Shown here: piece by piece, positions 19,429-30,397 of the stretch
How the letters are laid out: each line of letters opens with the position of its first letter
Numbering within the stretch: position 1 is the first letter of the stretch
Virus record (IMG/VR): IMGVR_UViG_3300006737_000017
Location: 74,300-138,299 of that record
From: a virus
Reading direction: 5' to 3' (one strand)
Length of the DNA: 64,000 nt
Program-made: the position numbers and the translations under genes
Notes under the pieces: generated by a model
Seen by the model: the letters and a program-made list of their open reading frames with translations, nothing else
Told to the model about the DNA's origin: nothing
Databases searched by the model: none

Positions 19429-20349
19429 ATGAAAAAATCAAGATTAAAGAGGTTACTAGCAGCTCTACTAGGTAGAGGCTCTGAAAAGAATAAAGGCGAT
19501 GTTTGGCACAAATGCCCTTTTTGTAAACACCCAAAAAATAAACTTAGCGTAAACTTAATAAGTGAAAAATGGCACTGCTGGCATTGTAATGCTAAAGGTA
19601 GAAAATTATTTGTACTGCTTAAAAAGCTAAATGCTAATTCAAAACAAATAGAAGAATTAAACGATATACTTGGTGAAAGATCTTTTGCAATTGTAAATAA
19701 AAAAAGAGACGATTATGTTTCCTTGCCATTAGAATTTATTCCTCTATTAAATGGTAATATAAATTCTCCTCATTATAAAAATGCAATACATTATTTGAAA
19801 GGTAGAGGATTAAATAAAATAGACATACTTAGACATAATATAGGCTACGCAGAAAATGGTGAATATAATGGTATGATAATAATACCAAGCTATGACGCAG
19901 ACGGCGTAGTTAATTACTTTGTAAGTAGAGCTTTTTATGAAACAAATTATAAACACAAAAACCCTAATGTTTCAAAAGACGTAGTAGGTTTTGATATGTT
20001 AATAGATTGGAAAAAAGATATAAATTTAGTTGAAGGAGCTTTTGATGCAATAGCAACTGGTGATAATACAATACCTCTATTCGGTAAAATATTACCAGAT
20101 AATCTAAGTAAAAAGATAATAGAAAATAAAGTTAAAAGGATTAATATAATACTAGATTCTGATGCAAAGAAAGCAGCAATAAAACATTCAGAATATTTTA
20201 TGGGTAATGGTATAGATGTACATCTAATAGATTTACCAGGAAAAGATCCAAGTGAATTAGGAAAAGACGTAGTTAATAGATTGATCAGTGAATCAAAGAA
20301 ATTAACTTTCGGTAAGATAATGGAGTATAAAATTAATGCAGCATGTTAA
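19429..20349 (+). CDS. DNA primase (Zn finger + TOPRIM)
   Basis: CPFC..WHCWHC, YLKGRG, LVEGAFDA, LDSDA, KDPSE. Confidence 0.9.
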   Translation: MKKSRLKRLLAALLGRGSEKNKGDVWHKCPFCKHPKNKLSVNLISEKWHCWHCNAKGRKLFVLLKKLNANSKQIEELNDILGERSFAIVNKKRDDYVSLPLEFIPLLNGNINSPHYKNAIHYLKGRGLNKIDILRHNIGYAENGEYNGMIIIPSYDADGVVNYFVSRAFYETNYKHKNPNVSKDVVGFDMLIDWKKDINLVEGAFDAIATGDNTIPLFGKILPDNLSKKIIENKVKRINIILDSDAKKAAIKHSEYFMGNGIDVHLIDLPGKDPSELGKDVVNRLISESKKLTFGKIMEYKINAAC

Positions 20350-23300
20350 AGTCGATTTTGAAAATGTAAATAAAATTTTACACATTGCAGACGTTCATAT
20401 AAGAAATTACCAACGTCACAAAGAATATAGGTCAATATTCAAAGAATTGTATAAAGCTGCAAAGGCTTTACCTAACAATTCTTTGATTTATATTGCGGGA
20501 GATATAGTACATAACAAAACAGATATATCACCAGAGCTAATAGAGATAACCTCAGAATTTCTAAAGAAACTAGCAGACATAAAACCTACTATACTTATCA
20601 AAGGTAACCATGACACCAATCTAAACAACGATACGAGACTAGATACACTGTCTCCTATAGTTAAGAACTTAAATCATAAAAATTTATTTTACTTAGATAA
20701 GACCGATGTATACAGAATTGCAGATTGCAACTTTTCTGTATTTGAAATTGCAGATGAGGTAAGCAATTATATTAAAGCAAAAGATATAGATGGAAAAAAT
20801 AAAATAGCCTTGTTTCACGGAGCTATAGACTCATCAGCAACTGACGCTGGCTTTAAGGTAGCAAATGAAGAACATAAAATAGATTTATTTGAAGATTACG
20901 ATTTAGTCTTGCTTGGTGATATACACAAAAGACAATTTCTAAATAAAGAAAAAACCATTTGTTATGCTGGTAGTTTGATACAACAAAATTTTGGTGAAGC
21001 TTATGAAAATCATGGCTATATAGTTTGGGATGTTAAAACTAAAAGTTACGAAGAATTTAGTATAAAAAATGAATATGGATATTACACAATCCATATAAAA
21101 GATGGTATTATAAATCAAGACCTAAGTGATATACCAAAATATCCTAGATTAAGGTTTAAGATTGTAAATACAACTCAAGCACAAATAAAAGAAGTTGTAA
21201 AAGAAATAAGAAAAAAATGCAAAGTTCAAGATGTAATAATAATTAGAGAAGATAAAATAAAAGGTTCATCGGAAAATAAATCTTCTAGAAGAATAACCAA
21301 AGACGTTCGTAATGTAGAGTATCAAAACGAAATGATAGAAGAATACTTGAATAAAAACCACGAAATAGAACCAAGCATATTATCTGAGATAAAGTCTATA
21401 AATAGAAACTTGAATAATAATTTGTCAGATATAGAAATAGGTAGGGGTATAGATTGGAAACCTGTAAAATTTGAATTTTCAAATATGTTTTCATATGGAC
21501 CGGGTAACGTTGTAAACTTTGAAAAGTTAAATGGTTTAATTGGAATATTTGCACAAAATCATATAGGTAAATCTGCTTTATTAGATTCTTTGTCTTTTTG
21601 TTTATTTGATAGATGCAGTAGAGGAAAAAAAGCTGATGACATAATGAATACTCAAAAATCAACTTTTTCTTGTAAGTTGCATTTTAAGATAGAAGAGGTA
21701 GACTATTATATAGAAAGAACTGCTAAGAGAAGAAGAAATAATACAAAGATTAGAGTTGACGTTGACTTTTGGTATATCGATGAAGGTGGAGAAAGGGTCG
21801 ATTTGAATGGTGAACAAAGAAGAGACACCGACAAAAATATCAGGGGTATAGTTGGAGAATACGAAGATTTTATTTTAACGGCTTTATCTGTACAAGGTAA
21901 TAATACAGGCTTTATAGAAAAAACACAAACAGAAAGAAAAGAGTTGCTTTCTCAATTTTTAGATATAACCGTATTTGAAGAATTATATCAATTAGCAAAT
22001 GAAGATATAAAAGAAGTTCAAATACTATTAAAAGATTTTAATAAGACTGATTATGATTCCGAGTTAATAGAAGCAGAAGACCAACTAAAAGATAGTAAAG
22101 CAGAATACAAGCAATCTAGTAAAACTGTTTCTAGAATAAAATCTAATATAAAAGACAAAGACGAAGAGCTTAAAGAATTGTACAAATCTTTGAGAAAAGT
22201 TAAAAAGGATTTAGACATAGTAGACTTAAAGAAGAGAAAAGAAGAACTTGAAGAGGAAGCGGTATTAGACTTAAGTAAACTTAATAAATACAAAGACTAT
22301 ACAGAAAAAAATAAAGTTGAGTATAAAAATATTAGTTTAGAACTTTCCAAAATAGATATTGAAAAAGCAAAAGCAAACCAAAAAAACTATTTAGCTGATG
22401 AAAAGGTAATGCAAAAGTTAAATACTAAATTAAAATTGTTAAAGTCTGAAGTTAAAAATGCTAAAGAAAAACTTGATGCAATAGGTACATTCGACCCCAA
22501 CTGTGACTTTTGTAAAAATAATTCTTTTGTAAAAAGTGCAGAAAGAATAAAATTGCAAATAGATCAATGCAAAATTGAATACATAGCTCTAATGAAAGAT
22601 ATTTCTAAGTGCAATCAAAAACTAGAATCTTATGGAGAATTTGAAGATTTGATAGATGAGTATGCAAAATTAGAAAAAAAGGTTTCAACTATACAAGTTT
22701 ATCAATCTGAAATAAAAGTTAAGACTGTAACAAGGAAGTCAAATATAAAACGTTGCAAATCTGAAATAAGAGCTATAGATAAAGATATAAAGAAATATTA
22801 CGAAAATGAAGAGGTTATCCTTTTTAATGAAAAAGTCAATAAAGAAATTGCAAAGAAAGAGTTATCTAAAACAAAGTGGGAAGCTGACTTAGAATTAAAG
22901 GAAGAAGACCTAGTTGAAAAACATTCTTCTGTTAGTTTATGGAAAACTAAAATTGAAACTATAAATAATACAATTGAAAAAGCTCATCAATTGGAAATAA
23001 AATTAAAGTCATATGAATATTACCTAGAAGCAATTCAAAGAGACGGTATACCCTATGAAATAATTTCAGAAGTCCTTCCATATATACAAGACGAAGTTAA
23101 CACTATACTTTCTCAGATGGTTGACTTTACTATAGAATTTGAAGTAGACGGTAAATCAGTTTTAACCTATATCGTTTACGACAATAAAAAGTGGTCTTTA
23201 GAATTAACTTCTGGTATGGAAAAGTTCATATCTTCTTTAGCAATACGTGTTGCACTAATAAACGTTTCAAATTTACCAAGGCCGAATTTTTTAGCAATAG

Positions 23301-23479
23301 ACGAAGGTTTTGGAACATTAGATTCTGAAAACTTAAGTTCAATGGAAAGCATGTTTAGTTATTTGAAATCGGAGTTTGATTACATAATAATTATTTCTCA
23401 TATAGAATCTCTAAAAGATGTAACAGATTCTTTAATAGAGATAAATAGGAAAGGCGAATTCTCCAACGTTATTCACTAG
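20336..23479 (+). CDS. Fused Mre11/SbcD nuclease and Rad50/SbcC ATPase (gp47-gp46 fusion)
   Basis: ADVH, AGD, GNHD, HG, GDIH phosphoesterase motifs; Walker A NHIGKS; zinc hook CDFC; signature TSGME; Walker B/D-loop IDEGFGTLD; ISH. Confidence 0.92.
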   Translation: MQHVKVDFENVNKILHIADVHIRNYQRHKEYRSIFKELYKAAKALPNNSLIYIAGDIVHNKTDISPELIEITSEFLKKLADIKPTILIKGNHDTNLNNDTRLDTLSPIVKNLNHKNLFYLDKTDVYRIADCNFSVFEIADEVSNYIKAKDIDGKNKIALFHGAIDSSATDAGFKVANEEHKIDLFEDYDLVLLGDIHKRQFLNKEKTICYAGSLIQQNFGEAYENHGYIVWDVKTKSYEEFSIKNEYGYYTIHIKDGIINQDLSDIPKYPRLRFKIVNTTQAQIKEVVKEIRKKCKVQDVIIIREDKIKGSSENKSSRRITKDVRNVEYQNEMIEEYLNKNHEIEPSILSEIKSINRNLNNNLSDIEIGRGIDWKPVKFEFSNMFSYGPGNVVNFEKLNGLIGIFAQNHIGKSALLDSLSFCLFDRCSRGKKADDIMNTQKSTFSCKLHFKIEEVDYYIERTAKRRRNNTKIRVDVDFWYIDEGGERVDLNGEQRRDTDKNIRGIVGEYEDFILTALSVQGNNTGFIEKTQTERKELLSQFLDITVFEELYQLANEDIKEVQILLKDFNKTDYDSELIEAEDQLKDSKAEYKQSSKTVSRIKSNIKDKDEELKELYKSLRKVKKDLDIVDLKKRKEELEEEAVLDLSKLNKYKDYTEKNKVEYKNISLELSKIDIEKAKANQKNYLADEKVMQKLNTKLKLLKSEVKNAKEKLDAIGTFDPNCDFCKNNSFVKSAERIKLQIDQCKIEYIALMKDISKCNQKLESYGEFEDLIDEYAKLEKKVSTIQVYQSEIKVKTVTRKSNIKRCKSEIRAIDKDIKKYYENEEVILFNEKVNKEIAKKELSKTKWEADLELKEEDLVEKHSSVSLWKTKIETINNTIEKAHQLEIKLKSYEYYLEAIQRDGIPYEIISEVLPYIQDEVNTILSQMVDFTIEFEVDGKSVLTYIVYDNKKWSLELTSGMEKFISSLAIRVALINVSNLPRPNFLAIDEGFGTLDSENLSSMESMFSYLKSEFDYIIIISHIESLKDVTDSLIEINRKGEFSNVIH

Positions 23480-23536
23480 CTCTATATTTATATATGAAAC
23501 ATTAGATAGACTATTGTTGATATATCGGAGAAACTC

Positions 23537-25648
23537 ATGGGACGAAAAAGAAGTTCAAGAAAATATTTGGCTGAGACACCTGTACTTATAGTAGATAATA
23601 AGTACGAATCTCAGTATTTTCAAGTGTCCGATTTTCCAACACAATTACATGCTGGTAAAAATATGTTTAGACTTAGTGGTAACTCTGATTTACTATTAAG
23701 AGGTAGTATAGTAGAAATAGAAATTATGCCAGAAAATGGCGTAGAACCTATATATCACGAAGTAAACAATTACACAGACAATTCTAATAGAAAATTAATA
23801 TCTATATACGTTTATCCAGAAGATTTAACTGGTCTTGCAACTGTTACTATAAGAGGAACAGCGACTAGAAGACCTGGTGGTAGATTTGTAAGAGGTTCTT
23901 TTCAAGGAAGACCTAATGTAAAGTGGTCAAGAGAAATATATGTTGATCCTTCAAAACCTAATACTACACCTATAGTATTTGGTCATCAACCAAGAATAAC
24001 AATAACAGAAAATGTAAAACCTTATTTAAGCGAATCTTTTTCACAAGATTTAGGTTTTAACACTATAACTGATGCACAAGAATCTTCTACATTTACTTAC
24101 ACTCATACGCCAGCTCAAACTTACAATAACGTTGGAGCAACAAGAGGCGGAGGAGGACAAGCAGCAAATAGCGGATATTCTTATAGTACACCACCTCAAA
24201 CAACAATTCAATCTAGTAACTTTCAATTTAGTTCTTCAATGATTGGTGGAACTTTAATGTTTCCAGACCCTTCTTCTGGTAACACGCCTGCTTTACCTAA
24301 TGTCACAATTACAGTTCCAGCATTAAAACAAAATGGTCAACCAAACACTAGAGATTACACTTGTTCTATAGTATCTGTTGTAAATACTACTACTTGCATA
24401 GTTGATAAACCCTATTCATTTGAATATAGTTATACTCAACCTGGTACAACTTCAAGAGGTACACCTGCTGTATCTTCTTTCCCTCAATCTATTTATGCAA
24501 CACACACAGCTACACAAATGGCAGCTACTGCTTACTCTGCAAGTTGGCAAGGTGAACCAACGCTTTATACAGAAAACAATTACAATCTTGTTTCTTATGC
24601 AAATATAGTTATGGGTAACTTAGCACCAATGGCTGGGGATGTATACAGAGTTAAAACTTGTATGAAATCTCATGGTATGCAAACTTGGGATATACTAGCA
24701 GACGAGATAGTTGAACAAAGAGAATTGCTTGCAAACCCTTCTAACATTTTTAGATTAGAAAGAACTGGTAGATTTATAAACCAAAGTACAATAGATGATT
24801 ATTGGGCAGCAACATCTACTAAAGCAGGAGGATCAACAGAATTAAAAGCAGACTCTGAAGTTTTAATGGAAGGTATGATTATATCTGGATCTAAAGATTT
24901 AGCTAATGAATCTAATCGTAATAATCAATATGTTAGAGTAAGATGTAAAAAACCAGTTGAGGTTTTTAGAAATTGCGAATATCAAGTGTCTTTCAAAGCA
25001 AGAGCCTTTGCAGAAGTAGATGATGGTTCAGATGTAGGAAGAGAATATATGAAAGTGTTTATGTCTGGGTCTGGAGTTGATTATGATCCAATAGGTTCAG
25101 CGGACTTGGGTAGAAGAATGGACAGTAACGAATTAAGAGCTCCTTATGTAGCACCGGTTTCACTAATTGGCAGACCTTATATGGCTGGACCAAGTATACC
25201 TATGGCACAAGTTGCAAATATACCAAGATCTAGTACGATTGCAACTGCTACATCAACAACTACTTTGTCAATACCAGACTTTACGGAAAACTCTGCACCA
25301 GCTTATGATAGCGACAATGTAGTTTACACTTTTACAGCAGATCACGACGGTTTTGTAGTTCCAGTGTTTGCAGTTCACTTTGGAAAATGGTTAATAAGCG
25401 AAGTTTCAATAAAAGCTATTTCTGAAGATGGCTTTACACCGAATCATACTATAATAGAAGCAAGAGTACCAGAATATCAAGAGGATGATGTATTAGATTT
25501 CAAATTTGAATTTTTCGATTATAACGGAGTAAGAGCAGATTTAATATTAGTATCTGAAAGTATAGATTTTGCAGGTGGAAATACTTATATAAATGGAGAA
25601 GGATTTTTAGGTGAAGGTATAATATTTGACGGACAGATAGGAGCATAA
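23537..25648 (+). CDS. Virion structural protein (tail/baseplate-associated)
   Basis: Preceded by TATTTATA (23485-23492); beta-rich and Thr/Ser-rich; upstream of fibre genes. Confidence 0.6.
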   Translation: MGRKRSSRKYLAETPVLIVDNKYESQYFQVSDFPTQLHAGKNMFRLSGNSDLLLRGSIVEIEIMPENGVEPIYHEVNNYTDNSNRKLISIYVYPEDLTGLATVTIRGTATRRPGGRFVRGSFQGRPNVKWSREIYVDPSKPNTTPIVFGHQPRITITENVKPYLSESFSQDLGFNTITDAQESSTFTYTHTPAQTYNNVGATRGGGGQAANSGYSYSTPPQTTIQSSNFQFSSSMIGGTLMFPDPSSGNTPALPNVTITVPALKQNGQPNTRDYTCSIVSVVNTTTCIVDKPYSFEYSYTQPGTTSRGTPAVSSFPQSIYATHTATQMAATAYSASWQGEPTLYTENNYNLVSYANIVMGNLAPMAGDVYRVKTCMKSHGMQTWDILADEIVEQRELLANPSNIFRLERTGRFINQSTIDDYWAATSTKAGGSTELKADSEVLMEGMIISGSKDLANESNRNNQYVRVRCKKPVEVFRNCEYQVSFKARAFAEVDDGSDVGREYMKVFMSGSGVDYDPIGSADLGRRMDSNELRAPYVAPVSLIGRPYMAGPSIPMAQVANIPRSSTIATATSTTTLSIPDFTENSAPAYDSDNVVYTFTADHDGFVVPVFAVHFGKWLISEVSIKAISEDGFTPNHTIIEARVPEYQEDDVLDFKFEFFDYNGVRADLILVSESIDFAGGNTYINGEGFLGEGIIFDGQIGA

Positions 25649-25651
25649 AAA

Positions 25652-28600
25652 ATGGCAAATTTAAGAACATTAAATTATCAAGGATTCAAAGCTGCAAGTT
25701 CTTCTTTAGGAACTTCTGGTTGGATGTTCTGGTCTGGCTCCAAAACCTTAACCGGATCGGGGGGAGCACCGGACACAGATTACGACGGTATAGGTTTAGA
25801 AGCAGTATTACATTCAGAAAGTTATTTTAGATACTCTGCATCTTCTGCTGGTTCAGGTTTAGATATTAGAACCGATACGTTTTTCTTAGGAAGTAGTGAT
25901 GCTTTCTTATCTGGTTCTGGAGATGGTAAGATTGCTATATCATCTTCTAATTTCGAATTGTCAAATACTGGTAATGTAACAATGCAAGGGTCTATTACGG
26001 CTACGGCTGGTGGTACACTTGGGGGATGGGTAATAGGAACAGACATTCTATCAGCTTCTGCAGGAACCTTTGAATTAGATTCTGATGGACCTTTTCATAT
26101 TTCATCTTCTGGTTTTCAAGTAGATACTGCTGGAGCAATAACAGCAAGTGCTGGAAAAATTGGTGGATGGATAATTTCTGATAAAACTTTAAGTGCACCT
26201 AATGATAATATAGCTTCAGAAGCTGGTATATTTTTAGAAGCAGATGCCCACCCAAGAATTAGAATAAATCGTACTAGCTCGCCATCTGATAACTATATAA
26301 ATCTATTTTTTAGTGCTGATTCGAATTGGGGAATAGAAGGTAAGGAAGATGGTAATAGAGTATTTGGATTAGGTAACCCTAACAACACTGGAAATACAAT
26401 TGCAGGCTGGGCATTTGATAATGCAAAATTAACATCTGGTCCATTAATGATAAATTCTGCTAATGCTTATATATCTTCATCTGCTGGAGATGGTTGGTTA
26501 ATATCTTCATCAGCAGACCCAGCTGACGAAGCAGGCTTTATTTCAAGTTCATTATTTAAGGTAAGATCTTCTGGACAGATGACAGCTTCTGCTGCAAACA
26601 TTGAAGGAAAGATAACTGCTAATGAAGGAGAGATAGCTGGATGGGCAATAGAGACTGGTAAATTGCATTCTGGACCATTAGAATTAAATTCTACAAATGG
26701 GTATATATCTTCCTCTGCTGGTAGCAAATGGATGATATCTTCATCAGCAGAAACTTCTGATCCTACTGGTTTTATAAGCTCATCTCAATTCAAAGTTTCT
26801 GCAGATGGTAGAATGTCAGCATCAGCTGGTAAAATTGCAAGTTGGAATATAAATGGAGACGACCTTGCATCAATTGGAGAACACATAGAACTAAAAGGAG
26901 ATGCATCTCCTGAAATTATAGTAACAGGTCCGAGTAATCAACATAAAGTTAGAATGTACTATACGGATGATGCTAATTATGGTATCCAAGCAAATTCTGG
27001 TTCAGCTACAAAAGTATTCCAATTAGGATCTACTAATCAAATTGCAGGATGGGATTTTACTAATGAAAAGCTGCAAGGTGGAGTAATGATAATTAAAAAA
27101 GATGGAACCATAGAATCAGATGGTTTTGCATCTAACGTTCCGGGAACTGGTTTTAGATTAACAGCTGCATCGGGAGGTTTCCTTGAAGTAGAAAACGCAA
27201 GAATTAGAGGGACACTTTCAACAGCTGTATTTGAAAAAGAAGCAGTAACTGCAGTAGGAGGTCAATTATATGTTGCAAATTCTACAACATTAACTGGGTC
27301 TGTATTTCCAACAACATTGCAACCTTCCGGGTATACTTCTTCAGAGTATCCTCCTAATGAAACAACAATGTCAGTAGTTAATGTTACTGGTTTTGCAAAT
27401 GGTGAAATACTATCAGCAAAGAAAATGAATAGTACAGGTTTTGCAACTGAATATATGAAAGTAATTTCATCTTCTAGATACGGGGATGCAGAAAACGATT
27501 TAACTGGTGCTATATATGTAGAAAGAGGATTAGGTACTTCATTTGCAGGAACATCTGGTTCACTTGGAGATAGTGGTTCATCTGCTCAAAGTTATTCAGG
27601 TTCACAAGTAATAGTTTCTACTGGTAAACTTGGAACTGGTTATATTAGATTAAACGCAAACCCTAATGATCCCTATACACCATACATAGACATAGTAGAA
27701 AGAACGGGTTCTGATGTTTATGATGTAGATCTAAAAGCAAGGCTTGGAGATTTATCTGGTGTTACCGATTCTAAATTTAGCGATGGCGTAAGCGGTTATG
27801 GTTTATATACACAGAATGGATATTTTTCTGGTAAAATAGAAGTAGCAAGTTTACCGGCTTTACCTACTACCACACCATCTTATCATTACGATTTTAACGT
27901 AGGAGCAGGAACAATAGTATATAACACAGTAGGACAAGACTTAAACGATATTAGTGGTTCTATTGTAAACGCAAATGAATGTTGGGTATCTGGAAGTGGA
28001 AACTTTATAACTGGTGGTACATCTATAAATTTTGAATCTGGTAAAAGTACTCGTATAGAAATAGAAGATAGAGAATGGTATTATCCTGGTGGTTCAACGA
28101 CTCCGCTACACTCTGCAAGTATATCTGTTTGGGTAAAACCTGAAAATGTTGCACATACTCAACCTCAAATAGTATGGGAAGCTGGAGGAGGATCAAATGG
28201 AGACGCTTTATATATTTCAGGTAGCCATATCTGGTGGACAGCTTGGGAGGGCTCTTCAAATAATTATGACACATTAAAAGTTTCTGCATCTATAGAATCT
28301 AGCGTTTGGACTCACGTTGCAGCATCACGATATCATGGTACTGCAAGTATTTATATAAACGGAGTACATCAAGCAACTGAAACAGGCCACCCGGATATAG
28401 ACAGTGGCGGTATAGTTTACTCGGGTTTTAGTGGTATTGGAGCATCTCATAATGATAGTGCAATAATAACTTCTAGCTTTAGACAAACATCAGGAGTTGT
28501 TTCTGGTGATGGGATATACTGTTATACTGGATCTATCGATGAGCTTAGAGTTTTTGGCCATTACAAATTAACAGACAATGAAATCTCTGCTTTATACCAA

Positions 28601-30385
28601 TCGCCAGCAGGAACTGTAGGTGGAACAACAGTTATAGAAGGTGGCAGAATTAAAACTGGAAAGGTTCAATCAACAAATTACGGAGCATCAGCTGGCTCTG
28701 AATTAGACTTAGATAATGGAACAATTAAACTGGGAGGCTCATCTGCACCAGACTTTGCAGTAGATGAAACTGGAGCATTAACAGCTTCTGCTGGTACAAT
28801 AGCTGGTTGGACAATAGCCTCAGACAAATTATCTAAAAACAACGCAGAGATAGATTCAGCTGGTTCATTAACTTTGGGTACAACTAATGATATTGTAAAA
28901 CTAGATTCACAAGATGGAACTTATAGACTATGGGCAGGTAACGCAACTGCCGGGTCAGCACCATTCAGTGTAACAAAAGCAGGAGTATTAGCAGCAACTG
29001 GTGCTAATATATCTGGAGATATAACAGTAACTGGTGGAGCATTAACAGCTTCTATAATGGACTTCCCTTCTGAAGAAAATTTAATTGGGTATTACCCTTT
29101 GCATAATTCTGTAACAACAGATAATGGTAATGATAGAGTATTAGATTATTCGGGTAACGATTACCATGGAGAAGATGATGCTGGAAGTATATCTGGAGGA
29201 ACAACATTTGTGGCAGGAACATCTGCAGGACCATTACCAGGAGCCGCTCAATTTGATGGATCAGATTCTAGAATAGATATAAATGCATTAAAAGCTGGTT
29301 TAACTTCTAACATGGATATATCTTTATCTTTTTGGATTAAGGAAACAAGCAATGCAGGTGATATAATACCATTTGGTTTTCATGATGGTGGAAATAATGA
29401 TTTAATTTGGGTTATGAATGATGGTTCAACGGATAATCTAACCGAACTAATTGTAAATCAAGTATCTCTTGGAACATTGGCATCTGGAGTTGAATTTACA
29501 AACCAATGGCACCATATAGTACTAGTAATGGCAGACGGTTCTCAAGCTAAACTATATATTGATGGTGAATATGTAGGTGCTTATACTACTGCCAATGTAG
29601 AAACAGCCAATTTAGATTCAGGCCAGATAGATGAAATTCTATTAGGAGGAGAATTAGATTCAGCTGCTGGATCACCAACTAATGACCTTACAGGTTATAT
29701 GTCTGAGTTCCGTGTATATAAGTCTGCATTGACAGCAGATAATGCAAGAGCGTTATTTAATTTACCGGCCGGACCTAACTCTGCTGGGACAACTATATCT
29801 GGTGATAAAATAACAACTGGAAAGATACACTCTAACAATTGGGCAGCATCAGCTGGTTCTCAATTAGATTTAGACAATGGAATAATTAGACTTGGTGGTT
29901 CTTCATCTCCATCATTCCAAGTAGACCAAGCAGGAGCACTAACAGCTTCTGCCGGTAAAGTTGCAGGCTGGACAATTGGTGCTTCATCGATAACTTCAAC
30001 AACTTCAGTTGATGGTGGTTCAACGATATTAAAATCAAATGGGCAAATAACTGCATCAAGCATGCTATTATCTGGGTCCGCAACAGCTACAAACTTTGCA
30101 ACTAAAGTAGTAACTGTAGATTCTGGAAATTTATCTTCTTATAGAAGAGCAAATGGCGATGGCTACAATTTAGTATTTGATGGATCTCAAGGTGGAGAAA
30201 GAATTATGCATATGATTTTAGATGTAGACCCAGGAAAAATTAAGGGGTTTGATTTAGTTAATTCTTCTGCATCAGTTGAATCTCAGATTGTAATAGATGT
30301 AATTACAACTGTAACAGGTTTTGATAACGGTGTCGTCAATAGTTCGTTTACAGCAATGAACGCAGTAAGGGAAGCACAACCATAA
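25652..30385 (+). CDS. Long tail fibre with two LamG-like domains
   Basis: Many G.ITASAG.I.GW.I repeats; two LamG patterns (SISVWVKP..WTHV..GSIDELRVF; SLSFWIK..WHHI..GYMSEFRVY). Confidence 0.8.
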   Translation: MANLRTLNYQGFKAASSSLGTSGWMFWSGSKTLTGSGGAPDTDYDGIGLEAVLHSESYFRYSASSAGSGLDIRTDTFFLGSSDAFLSGSGDGKIAISSSNFELSNTGNVTMQGSITATAGGTLGGWVIGTDILSASAGTFELDSDGPFHISSSGFQVDTAGAITASAGKIGGWIISDKTLSAPNDNIASEAGIFLEADAHPRIRINRTSSPSDNYINLFFSADSNWGIEGKEDGNRVFGLGNPNNTGNTIAGWAFDNAKLTSGPLMINSANAYISSSAGDGWLISSSADPADEAGFISSSLFKVRSSGQMTASAANIEGKITANEGEIAGWAIETGKLHSGPLELNSTNGYISSSAGSKWMISSSAETSDPTGFISSSQFKVSADGRMSASAGKIASWNINGDDLASIGEHIELKGDASPEIIVTGPSNQHKVRMYYTDDANYGIQANSGSATKVFQLGSTNQIAGWDFTNEKLQGGVMIIKKDGTIESDGFASNVPGTGFRLTAASGGFLEVENARIRGTLSTAVFEKEAVTAVGGQLYVANSTTLTGSVFPTTLQPSGYTSSEYPPNETTMSVVNVTGFANGEILSAKKMNSTGFATEYMKVISSSRYGDAENDLTGAIYVERGLGTSFAGTSGSLGDSGSSAQSYSGSQVIVSTGKLGTGYIRLNANPNDPYTPYIDIVERTGSDVYDVDLKARLGDLSGVTDSKFSDGVSGYGLYTQNGYFSGKIEVASLPALPTTTPSYHYDFNVGAGTIVYNTVGQDLNDISGSIVNANECWVSGSGNFITGGTSINFESGKSTRIEIEDREWYYPGGSTTPLHSASISVWVKPENVAHTQPQIVWEAGGGSNGDALYISGSHIWWTAWEGSSNNYDTLKVSASIESSVWTHVAASRYHGTASIYINGVHQATETGHPDIDSGGIVYSGFSGIGASHNDSAIITSSFRQTSGVVSGDGIYCYTGSIDELRVFGHYKLTDNEISALYQSPAGTVGGTTVIEGGRIKTGKVQSTNYGASAGSELDLDNGTIKLGGSSAPDFAVDETGALTASAGTIAGWTIASDKLSKNNAEIDSAGSLTLGTTNDIVKLDSQDGTYRLWAGNATAGSAPFSVTKAGVLAATGANISGDITVTGGALTASIMDFPSEENLIGYYPLHNSVTTDNGNDRVLDYSGNDYHGEDDAGSISGGTTFVAGTSAGPLPGAAQFDGSDSRIDINALKAGLTSNMDISLSFWIKETSNAGDIIPFGFHDGGNNDLIWVMNDGSTDNLTELIVNQVSLGTLASGVEFTNQWHHIVLVMADGSQAKLYIDGEYVGAYTTANVETANLDSGQIDEILLGGELDSAAGSPTNDLTGYMSEFRVYKSALTADNARALFNLPAGPNSAGTTISGDKITTGKIHSNNWAASAGSQLDLDNGIIRLGGSSSPSFQVDQAGALTASAGKVAGWTIGASSITSTTSVDGGSTILKSNGQITASSMLLSGSATATNFATKVVTVDSGNLSSYRRANGDGYNLVFDGSQGGERIMHMILDVDPGKIKGFDLVNSSASVESQIVIDVITTVTGFDNGVVNSSFTAMNAVREAQP

Positions 30386-30397
30386 TAGGAGAATAAA

